64,000 nucleotides of DNA from a virus. Under the pieces are notes generated by a model. The model was given only the letters and a program-made list of their open reading frames with translations, did no database searches and was not told the origin of the DNA. Location: positions 32,001 through 96,000 of the IMG/VR virus record IMGVR_UViG_3300020446_001812; one strand, written 5' to 3'. This document shows, one piece after another, positions 38,680 through 46,815 of the stretch (positions are counted from its first letter, which is position 1; each line of letters begins with the position of its first letter). A program made the position numbers and the translations under genes.

Positions 38680-40061
38680 AATTTAGCTTAGACAGTTTTT
38701 GTCCTGAAGCATGGAATCAAATAGAAATAGATGCACAAGGTGATTATAAAATTTGCTGTTTAGCAAATTATGATAATGATTTCGGTATGGCTCTTGATAA
38801 AGACGGTAATGTAATGAATGTTAAAACACACACTATACAAGAAGCAATGAATAGTGAAACACATAAACAACATAGAAAAGAAATGAGCCAAAACATAAAG
38901 CCAAAAAGATGTAGGAACTGTTGGGATAGTGAAGAAAGCACAAGAAATCAAGAAGGTTTTGGTTATAAAGATAAATTTAAAAAATATGGCATAAGCAAAA
39001 GACAGCGTGTAATAAGAAATACGAGTAATGTAATTCCTGAGTATACCAAATGGAACGAGGCACATCTAGTTACAAGCGAAGATGGAACCTTGGATGTTGA
39101 AAATGTAAAACATGTAAATTTAGATTTGAGATTTGGAAACTTATGTAATCAAAAATGTATTATGTGTAGTCCGCAACATAGTAATCAATGGTACGATGAT
39201 TGGGTAGCAATAGGATACGGAGCTCCACAATATAATAGAAAAAAAGGAAGATATAAAAAAGGTAAAGCGAAAGAGTTCGAGTTTTTCTATGATGAACATA
39301 ATAGAGTCAAAATGGCTGGAATGGAACCTTGGTGGGAAAGTGAACAATGGTGGACTATGTTTGAGAAACAAGCAATGGACTTAAGGTACATATATTTTAC
39401 AGGAGGCGAACCATTAATTGTTCCACAAATGCAACAATGTTTAGATAGGTTAATAAACAAAGGGTATAGTAAGGACATTCAGCTAAGGTATGATACAAAT
39501 TTATCTGTAATAAACCAAAAGGTTATTGACAAATGGAAAAATTTTAAAGATGTTTTTTTATGTATCAGCGTTGATGATACCGATGAAAGATATAACACAA
39601 TAAGATATCCAGGAAATTTTGAAAGGTTAGAACAAAATATTATTAAATTAAAAGAAAACGGTATAGATATACATTACATAAGCACCTGTGTTGGCATTGC
39701 AAGTCCTTACAGTGTCCAACGTATATATGAGTTTGGAAAAAAATATAACATAGATACAAATTTTAGATTTTTAGAAGGTCCTAATTGGCTTGATATTAGA
39801 AACTATCCTGCAGATGCTAAAAAAGAAATAATTGAAAATTTACGCGATTATTCTACAGATAAAAAATATACTAGATGGGCAAACGCCGAAATAAAATTAT
39901 TAGAAAAATATATGGATCATAGTGAAGAAAAACATCTTAAAGAATTTATTAGAGTCATGGATGTTCTTGACAAACAAAGATCGACAGACTGGAGGAAAGC
40001 GATGCCAGATGTAGTAGATCTTTACAAAACATATTGCCCCGACATATATAAGGAAAAATAA
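38664..40061 (+). CDS. Radical SAM protein with N-terminal Twitch/SPASM domain
   Basis: CNQKCIMC, TGGEP; N-terminal FCPEAW...KICC...RCRNCW. Confidence 0.9.
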   Translation: MAEKMKFSLDSFCPEAWNQIEIDAQGDYKICCLANYDNDFGMALDKDGNVMNVKTHTIQEAMNSETHKQHRKEMSQNIKPKRCRNCWDSEESTRNQEGFGYKDKFKKYGISKRQRVIRNTSNVIPEYTKWNEAHLVTSEDGTLDVENVKHVNLDLRFGNLCNQKCIMCSPQHSNQWYDDWVAIGYGAPQYNRKKGRYKKGKAKEFEFFYDEHNRVKMAGMEPWWESEQWWTMFEKQAMDLRYIYFTGGEPLIVPQMQQCLDRLINKGYSKDIQLRYDTNLSVINQKVIDKWKNFKDVFLCISVDDTDERYNTIRYPGNFERLEQNIIKLKENGIDIHYISTCVGIASPYSVQRIYEFGKKYNIDTNFRFLEGPNWLDIRNYPADAKKEIIENLRDYSTDKKYTRWANAEIKLLEKYMDHSEEKHLKEFIRVMDVLDKQRSTDWRKAMPDVVDLYKTYCPDIYKEK

Positions 40062-40664
40062 ATGCATTATTATAGAATAGGAAAACTTAAAAAAGAAATT
40101 GTGCAAGAAATGCTTGCCGCAGTGTTAGAAAAAAGTGAACCAAGTAAAGGTTATCATTGGATTGAATTTGATGATAATTTAAATTCAATGTGGAATAATA
40201 TTTGGGAGAACAAAAATTTAAAAGTTAGACGCTGGGATAATAAATGGATACAAAAAGCATTTTACAGTCCTGTCGGTAAAGGTTGGAAAATACATAAAGA
40301 TGGAATAGATTGTAAAGTTGCATTGAACATTGCATTACAATCAAACGAATCTGATTGGGTGCGGTGGTATGACGAAGAATTAATAAATGATCTAGCAGAT
40401 ATAAATGTTACAGACGGTGACAAGGGAAAAGGACATAGTAGAAATATACCTATTAATGAGTACGAAGATATTTCTTTTATAGATGAATTAAAAGTTGAAC
40501 AAGGGGAAGTATATCTTGTTAATACAGATGTATTTCATAGTTTCTATTGTGGAGGTCCTAAAGATAGAGTAATTGTGCAAACTAAATTTCAGAATAATCC
40601 AAACTGGAATACTGTATTAGAAAATGTAAAGAAAAGTAATTTTACTCTTCAAGCCCGTGATTAA
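40062..40664 (+). CDS. 2OG-Fe(II) oxygenase-like protein
   Basis: IHKDG (HxD), ALNI, YLVNTDVFH...R.IV. Confidence 0.6.
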   Translation: MHYYRIGKLKKEIVQEMLAAVLEKSEPSKGYHWIEFDDNLNSMWNNIWENKNLKVRRWDNKWIQKAFYSPVGKGWKIHKDGIDCKVALNIALQSNESDWVRWYDEELINDLADINVTDGDKGKGHSRNIPINEYEDISFIDELKVEQGEVYLVNTDVFHSFYCGGPKDRVIVQTKFQNNPNWNTVLENVKKSNFTLQARD

Positions 40665-40950
40665 GACAAACAATTTCCCATGCTTCATTCCATTCTTTTT
40701 CAGCTGTCAAATTGTTTTGCCATTGATCTTTAGCCATTTCTTCTTCTAAATCTAATCCTTTATCATCTGCCCATGTAGATTTTATTTTCATCACTAATTG
40801 AGAAGAATCTGTGTATTCCATTACTCTCCAAGAAAGGCATTTTCCAGTATCTAGATATTCTGATTTAATCCATGCTTTGAATTCATCAGATGGTGTATAC
40901 CATTCGGCGTCAGTATGGGGTCTCATAAAAGTTTTGCTGTAAATTGCCAT
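40642..40950 (-). CDS. Small hypothetical protein (102 aa) with its own late promoter
   Basis: AGGAG RBS and GATAAATA (40968-40975) upstream. Confidence 0.75.
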   Translation of the reverse strand: MAIYSKTFMRPHTDAEWYTPSDEFKAWIKSEYLDTGKCLSWRVMEYTDSSQLVMKIKSTWADDKGLDLEEEMAKDQWQNNLTAEKEWNEAWEIVCLNHGLEE

Positions 40951-40967
40951 AATCTATCTCCTACTAT

Positions 40968-40975
40968 TATTTATC
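40968..40975 (-). promoter_or_regulatory. Late promoter GATAAATA
   Basis: TATTTATC on the + strand, upstream of the RBS of 40642-40950. Confidence 0.55.
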
Positions 40976-41011
40976 ACTAAATATCATGTAATAGATATAA
41001 AGAGGTTACCG

Positions 41012-42208
41012 ATGAAAGTCCCCCATAAAGAATTAGGTTACTATATATGTGATAACAAAGTATTTACATCTAAAATACATGCTTGTATATATGCAACTCA
41101 GCATAAAAAACAAATAGAATGGGTTTTTAACAATGATGTTTTTGATAATTTCCCATGGCAAATAGAACCTCAAGAATCACTAGATGAACTGTATTTCCAA
41201 AGGGCTAGGCAGATTAGAGAACAATATGATTACATATGTTTGGCATTCAGTGGTGGTGGAGATAGTAATAATATACTTGAAGCATTTCTAAGACAAGGCA
41301 TTTTTATAGATGAAGTCGTTACAAATGTAATGGAAGACTTGAATAATTTGACAACTGTAAATCGCAATGAAATAAACAATTGGAACGAGGGTGCAGAATA
41401 TAAATTACAAACAGAAGATAGACTAAAAGCACTTAAGAATAGAAGTCCTAATACAAAAATAAGTGTAATTGATCTTAGTAAAGGACTTTTTGAATTATTT
41501 AATTCTTATGGTGATGCTGGATGGATTGAAAAAACTAGAGAGAGAATGAATCCTAGTGGTTTCATGAGGCATAATTTCCTCCATATGAAAGAAATACGTA
41601 AAAGATTTGATAAAGATAAAAAAATATGTATGTTACTTGGAATAGAAAAACCTCGTACATATATCAAAGGAAACACTTTTAAAATGTGTTTTAGTGATAA
41701 AGCTGTTAATATTGCAACAGTAGGAGAATTTATTCCTGAATATAATAATACTAGTATAGAATATTTTTACTGGCATCCAGAAGGCGCAAAAATAATTGCA
41801 AAGCAATGCCATGTTATTAAAAGATGGTTAGAACACAATCCTAATTATTTGCCATATTGGAAACCTAGAAGTATAGGAGACATATGGACTAATCATAGAA
41901 AGTATCATGAACGTATTTTAAGACCATTAATTTATAATAGTACTTGGCACCAAAATTACTGGCAAGCAAACAAAAGCACAAAAGATTGGTATAGTGAGAT
42001 AGATGATTGGTTTTGGACTGCTCATAAAAACACTAAAGAACATGCTATATGGAGGCAGGGTCTTGATTACGTAAAAGATAATGCAAAAGACTGGATGATG
42101 CCTGGCGATGTAGAAGGTTTAAAGGGTTTCTTGCATGCATACGAAATTGGCGAAATGAATCCTATAAAATTAGAATTACCTACAAATAATGTTGTTTTAG
42201 CTGATTAG
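41012..42208 (+). CDS. PP-loop ATP pyrophosphatase-like protein (paralog of 36514-37704)
   Basis: LAFSGGGDSN; collinear similarity with 36514-37704. Confidence 0.7.
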   Translation: MKVPHKELGYYICDNKVFTSKIHACIYATQHKKQIEWVFNNDVFDNFPWQIEPQESLDELYFQRARQIREQYDYICLAFSGGGDSNNILEAFLRQGIFIDEVVTNVMEDLNNLTTVNRNEINNWNEGAEYKLQTEDRLKALKNRSPNTKISVIDLSKGLFELFNSYGDAGWIEKTRERMNPSGFMRHNFLHMKEIRKRFDKDKKICMLLGIEKPRTYIKGNTFKMCFSDKAVNIATVGEFIPEYNNTSIEYFYWHPEGAKIIAKQCHVIKRWLEHNPNYLPYWKPRSIGDIWTNHRKYHERILRPLIYNSTWHQNYWQANKSTKDWYSEIDDWFWTAHKNTKEHAIWRQGLDYVKDNAKDWMMPGDVEGLKGFLHAYEIGEMNPIKLELPTNNVVLAD

Positions 42209-43860
42209 TTTAAGTCTACCCAAGCTGCGCCAGTATATCCTTGGAATTTTGTTCCTGTAGTGTTAAAGATCATCATACCTGCTGTCGGGCTTGTAATTGC
42301 GGCGTCACGTGTTGCATCGTCTGCATATGTAGCTAATTTAATTGCACCACCAAATTGGACTTCTGCCGCATCTGCTTTGACTGTTATTGCAGTGTTTACT
42401 ACACCAGAACCGTCCATTGTTTTGATTGCTAGTTGCGTTGGGACAATGCCTGTTGCTATTGTTCCATCAGCTTCTGCTGTAATAAATGCGCCATCTACAT
42501 AATTTGTGCCATCATGTCCACCAAAAACAACTCTGTGTAATACATCATTGTTTTGTACTGCTAGAGGTGTATCATATGTTCCTCTTGATCTACGCATTAA
42601 AAATCTAGGACCATCACTTACAACATTTGAGTTTGCAAGTGAGTAAAAAGGAATTCCTGTTGGCGCTGTTGTTCTACCATTAAGTACACCAAATGTTGTA
42701 AATGTACCTGTGTAATCAATTGTTGCTCTTGTTAGAGGTACACCTGCATTATTGTTTACTATAAATCTCATTAATCCTGGAACTACTGACGCACCAAGTG
42801 TACCATTAGGGTCAACATCAACACTTATTTGCGCCGCACTAACATTTTTACTTAATTCTCCCCAAACTATGGCACCTATATTATCACCAAGTTGTAAATC
42901 TGTAGGCGATGCCTTTGTACCTCTAGCTCTAGATATTCCTAAGTAATGTCCATCTGCGTTATCATAATAACCTGCCGCAGAAACTACTGTTTGATCTTGT
43001 GCTGTTGCTGTACCACTAATTTGGTTTGCGGCTATGTTACCAGTTGCTGTTGCGTTTCCATTTATATTAAGTGTTGTAACTGTAACAGTGTTAGAATTTA
43101 CATCAGCTACAACAATACCATTTTCGCCATCTAATATCATTGCAGAGTCGTCAGCAAAAACACTGCCTTTTACATCACCTGTATGATAACCAGTTGTGTT
43201 ACCTACTACATTTCCTGTAAGGTCGCCAGTTAAATTAAATGCCGCATTTTGAACTGTTGCTCCATTTAAATTTAAAGTTCCACTGAAAGCACTTGTACCT
43301 GCACTTGTGATATTTCCAACAACATCTCCTGTCATTGTTCCTGATATCTGTGCCGCTGCAATTTGTCCTGTAGCTGAATTAAAAACAACTGTACTATCGT
43401 CTGCAATTAGGTCCGCTTGTACTCTTTCAGCTGTAATTTGGCTGTCTATATTTAATTGATTAAACCATGCTTCGTTCCAGTATTTTGATGGTGAGCCTAG
43501 ATTATGAGTCGCATCAACATCAGGCACTAGATGCCCTTGTATAGCACCACCAATAACGAGAATGTCACTACCTACGCCATCACCTAAGTTAACTGTTCCA
43601 GATGCTGTAATTGTTCCGGTAATATCAATACTACCAGTTCCATTTATGTTAAAATTATTCAGGTCAAGATTTCCGCCTAGTTGCGGTGAAGTGTCAGCTA
43701 ATACAGAATCAATTGTGTTTGCAATAGTAGTTGTTCCACCTTGTGTAGAACCATCTCCTACATATAATTGCTTTGTATCGGTAACGTATATTAATTCTCC
43801 CTCTGCAGGGGTAATGCCTAATCTTTCTGCATTTGTGCCGCGTCTTACTTGTAAAGCCAT
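42205..43860 (-). CDS. Tail fibre protein with Mtd/hyaluronidase-like N-terminal domain
   Basis: MALQVRRGT....P.EGELIY.TDTK.LYVGDG, DTSPQLGGNLDLN, duplicated SRGT...P....D module, GMMIFN...FQGY....W C-terminus. Confidence 0.8.
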   Translation of the reverse strand: MALQVRRGTNAERLGITPAEGELIYVTDTKQLYVGDGSTQGGTTTIANTIDSVLADTSPQLGGNLDLNNFNINGTGSIDITGTITASGTVNLGDGVGSDILVIGGAIQGHLVPDVDATHNLGSPSKYWNEAWFNQLNIDSQITAERVQADLIADDSTVVFNSATGQIAAAQISGTMTGDVVGNITSAGTSAFSGTLNLNGATVQNAAFNLTGDLTGNVVGNTTGYHTGDVKGSVFADDSAMILDGENGIVVADVNSNTVTVTTLNINGNATATGNIAANQISGTATAQDQTVVSAAGYYDNADGHYLGISRARGTKASPTDLQLGDNIGAIVWGELSKNVSAAQISVDVDPNGTLGASVVPGLMRFIVNNNAGVPLTRATIDYTGTFTTFGVLNGRTTAPTGIPFYSLANSNVVSDGPRFLMRRSRGTYDTPLAVQNNDVLHRVVFGGHDGTNYVDGAFITAEADGTIATGIVPTQLAIKTMDGSGVVNTAITVKADAAEVQFGGAIKLATYADDATRDAAITSPTAGMMIFNTTGTKFQGYTGAAWVDLN

Positions 43861-43891
43861 CTATTAACTCCTGAATAGTATTTGTTATTAG

Positions 43892-43899
43892 TATTTATG
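43892..43899 (-). promoter_or_regulatory. Late promoter CATAAATA
   Basis: Upstream of the AGGAG RBS of the tail fibre gene. Confidence 0.55.
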
Positions 43900-43903
43900 C
43901 CTT

Positions 43904-44215
43904 TTACTTCCTTTTCTTCATAAAGATTTCAGTACGCTTTTTTATGTCTCTTTTTACTTTTGCAGTATCAAGACGGAAGTCAACATTTTGTATATTTTTT
44001 TCGTATTGATTGAATAGGTCGTCCAAAGCCGTTTCTATATTGAGATCTGGCTTTGTTTTAGACTTTTTAACATCTATTTCCCATATTTTTCCGTCCTTAA
44101 AGTAAACTTTGACACTGTGCAGATATTCAATAGGTACTACATCTATTTTAATATCTTTAAAAATTTCAGGCCATGCATTAACTATGTCAGGAGGAAGTAC
44201 CCCTTTTTTAGCCAT
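43904..44215 (-). CDS. Hypothetical protein
   Basis: Coupled ORF, 103 aa. Confidence 0.65.
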   Translation of the reverse strand: MAKKGVLPPDIVNAWPEIFKDIKIDVVPIEYLHSVKVYFKDGKIWEIDVKKSKTKPDLNIETALDDLFNQYEKNIQNVDFRLDTAKVKRDIKKRTEIFMKKRK

Positions 44216-44819
44216 CTACTGTTGACTTTGACTTGCGTTTTGTAGGAACAAGTTCTTCAGCTTGTTCTCTAAGACGCTTTGCTTCTTTAAACATTGCGTC
44301 TGCTTGCGAACGGTATTGTGCCGCAAGTGCTTCGTCAGTCAACACTTCAGAAGTAGCTTGAGTATAAGTATCTGTGGCATTTACAGGAGAAGCGTTCTCT
44401 TGAGGTTCTGGAACTGTATTTCCTGAGGTATCTTTCAGTGCAAGATCGTTGACAGTTACGCCCTTTTGTTCAGCAATATTTTGATTGAGAACATTTAAAG
44501 GAACACTAGTAACATTATTAGGTGTCATTTCAACAAGATCTGATTTTACTTTTTGAAACTTTCCTGTTGTATGAAAACCAGCTAACATATTTCTACCATC
44601 TGGTAGTTGTGTCCTAGCCATTGCTTCACCTAGTTCGTATGAATCTTGTCCTGATGCAGATTCTATCAAGTTCATTAATGCATCGTGTTCGCCTGCATCT
44701 AAACTTTCAGTAAGTGCAATTAAACAATGCTCAGGGTCTCCAGGCAGGACTCTATATGCTACTGCACATTTTTTCTTTGTTTTTATAACTCTACCAACAT
44801 GCTTGTATGCTGTCGCCAT
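44208..44819 (-). CDS. Hypothetical protein
   Basis: 203-aa ORF with AGGAG RBS. Confidence 0.7.
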   Translation of the reverse strand: MATAYKHVGRVIKTKKKCAVAYRVLPGDPEHCLIALTESLDAGEHDALMNLIESASGQDSYELGEAMARTQLPDGRNMLAGFHTTGKFQKVKSDLVEMTPNNVTSVPLNVLNQNIAEQKGVTVNDLALKDTSGNTVPEPQENASPVNATDTYTQATSEVLTDEALAAQYRSQADAMFKEAKRLREQAEELVPTKRKSKSTVDG

Positions 44820-44820
44820 A

Positions 44821-45093
44821 TTATTCTCCTTTTTTCTCTGCAGGTGCCGGCTGTTGGGCTACCGCATTGAGAAATGTTTCTAATTTACTGTATGTTGAAC
44901 CAACCGTCATCATTTCGTTTGGCTTAAAAGCACCTCTACCACTAGCAACATCAATAATCTGTTTTAAATTGCTTAAATCTTGAATAGTTAGTTCGGTAGA
45001 TTGTTGTGGCGCAGAAGGTGTCGCTTGCGGTGCATCAGATGGTGCCGCAGTTGACGTATCCTTAGATACAGTAGTTTTACTTTCATTCGTCAT
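44821..45093 (-). CDS. Hypothetical protein
   Basis: AGGAG RBS; upstream GTAAATA motif. Confidence 0.7.
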   Translation of the reverse strand: MTNESKTTVSKDTSTAAPSDAPQATPSAPQQSTELTIQDLSNLKQIIDVASGRGAFKPNEMMTVGSTYSKLETFLNAVAQQPAPAEKKGE

Positions 45094-45131
45094 TATTATC
45101 TCCTATGTAATTTTATAAACTACGCATATAT

Positions 45132-45413
45132 TTACTTGTATTTCAAAAGTGGGCATGCCAAAGTGAAATAAGAAAGTTCTTTCGGATCTTCAAATCCTAC
45201 TTTACAAACGGTTTCAACACCGCTATTAGTGCTTAAAGACATACTTTTTCCAACATAAAATCTTCCTTTTAGATTTTCTGTAATCCATTTTACAAGGCTT
45301 TGCTCTAAGTTATACTTTAAGGGCAAGTTTATAAATTCACAATGCGGGCTAGGTAATTTTAGCCTACGTATTTCGAATAAATTATATGGATTAGGCTCTT
45401 TGACTTTCAGCAT
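45132..45413 (-). CDS. Hypothetical protein
   Basis: ORF overlapping the end of the vWA gene. Confidence 0.6.
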   Translation of the reverse strand: MLKVKEPNPYNLFEIRRLKLPSPHCEFINLPLKYNLEQSLVKWITENLKGRFYVGKSMSLSTNSGVETVCKVGFEDPKELSYFTLACPLLKYK

Positions 45414-46725
45414 GGTCTTCATAGTGTGTAGTTATTCCAAACGGTGCTTGTAAATTTCTGTCTCTGTTTGAATGAATTACAAATACAGTTTCACAATAGT
45501 TTTCGTCACCCCAACTATCCCAAGGATAGCCATCAGTAAACATAATAAATTTTTTAGGTTGGATATCATTTTCTTTCATATAATTAAAATTACAATCAAA
45601 GTCAGTGCCACCGCCACCCATTATTTCATAGTCCATTAAATCTTCGCCGCCATCTGCAGTGAATTCTTGTTCATTATAAACCTTTGTATCAAAACACCAT
45701 AAAACAATTTTGTAATCTTTATATTGATCCATGATACCTTTTACTTCTGATAAAAAGTCTTTACCCTGTGCATTACCAATTGAGCCACTCATATCAATTC
45801 CGATAGCAAGATCAATACTTTCGTCAAAATTCATACCGGGTAAAACAGCACCAGTATGCCATCCTTTTCTTGATGGCCTCATAAATGTGTAATCAGTTTT
45901 AATTGTTGATTGTATCTGCTGGCGTAATATTTCTCTCCAATTCATTTTAGGTTCAGTAAGTTCTTTAATCATACGTTGCACTTCTGCTGGTGTATTTCCT
46001 GCACCTGCGGCCTGTGCGGCACTAAGCATTCCTTCTTTAATTTCGTCTTTGATCTTACGCATTTCTTCCTTAGAATACTTAGGTTTCTTTTTGCTTACAT
46101 TATTACCATTTGCATCTTTTTCTTCGCCTGCATCTCCATCACCTTCTTCATCACCTAATCCATCAAGGTGTTCATCTAACATTTCACCTAATTGTTTAAG
46201 GAATTCTTCTCCGTTCTTTTTAGCAATTTCATATATATCATCGTATACTTCTTCTGAAATCCAACCATCATATTTAAAATCTTGATAACAATCAACAATC
46301 TTAGGTTTTTCACCAATTCGATCTCTTACAAGCAAATTGTTAACAATATAATCAGCGGCAATATTATAGATCATTGGATTTCTATCTTCTCTACGCATCA
46401 AATGATCAAATACACAATGTAATATTTCATGTGCAATAACAAATTCAATCTCTTTGTTGTTCATTGCATTGAAAAATTGTGTATTGAAGTATAAATTTCT
46501 ACCATCAACTGCGGCAGTTGGCAACCAATCATCAGCGGCAACAATACGTAAACGAGTTGCCATATTTCCAAAGAATGGATGCCTTAGTAGTAAACCTACT
46601 CTTGCAACAATTATTCTATCAAGAACCTCTATTCTCATTTCTTCTAATTGTTCTTGAGTAATATTTGGGTCTGGGGACCAGTTCTTTAATTTGCTTGCTG
46701 TATCTTTTGTACTCATCAGTGCCAT
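45391..46725 (-). CDS. Metallopeptidase-like + vWA domain protein (DUF2201-like), MoxR partner
   Basis: TAAVDG, AHEILH (HExxH), MIDAS DMSGS, GGGGTDF, FTDG. Confidence 0.85.
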   Translation of the reverse strand: MALMSTKDTASKLKNWSPDPNITQEQLEEMRIEVLDRIIVARVGLLLRHPFFGNMATRLRIVAADDWLPTAAVDGRNLYFNTQFFNAMNNKEIEFVIAHEILHCVFDHLMRREDRNPMIYNIAADYIVNNLLVRDRIGEKPKIVDCYQDFKYDGWISEEVYDDIYEIAKKNGEEFLKQLGEMLDEHLDGLGDEEGDGDAGEEKDANGNNVSKKKPKYSKEEMRKIKDEIKEGMLSAAQAAGAGNTPAEVQRMIKELTEPKMNWREILRQQIQSTIKTDYTFMRPSRKGWHTGAVLPGMNFDESIDLAIGIDMSGSIGNAQGKDFLSEVKGIMDQYKDYKIVLWCFDTKVYNEQEFTADGGEDLMDYEIMGGGGTDFDCNFNYMKENDIQPKKFIMFTDGYPWDSWGDENYCETVFVIHSNRDRNLQAPFGITTHYEDHAESQRA

Positions 46726-46744
46726 CCTTCTAAGTTATACATTT

Positions 46745-46773
46745 ACTATAGCAATATTTACTATAAAAGTCAA
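46745..46773 (-). promoter_or_regulatory. sigma70-like promoter TTGACT-17-TATAGT
   Basis: Intergenic with 17-nt spacer. Confidence 0.7.
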
Positions 46774-46776
46774 GAG

Positions 46777-46803
46777 AAAAAGGACGTTTTGGAGAGATCG
46801 TCC
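46777..46803 (-). terminator. Possible intrinsic terminator after the MoxR ATPase
   Basis: GGACG-12nt-CGTCC stem followed by TTTTT on the - strand; short stem and large loop. Confidence 0.3.
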
Positions 46804-46815
46804 AACTCTTTCATG

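Noticed and set aside
34158-42208. Calling the SGGxDS proteins QueC
   Set aside because: They are too long, lack the C-terminal Cys zinc motif and the YGQ motif of QueC, and are not adjacent to folE/queE.
5596-42208. Interpreting the island as a bacterial LPS/capsule locus or host contamination
   Set aside because: No flippase, polymerase, ABC exporter or housekeeping genes. It is flanked by phage tail genes and shares phage late-type motifs.
42205-43860. Diversity-generating retroelement suggested by the Mtd-like N-terminus
   Set aside because: No reverse transcriptase and no template/variable repeat pair seen. The N-terminal domain is a common fibre anchor.
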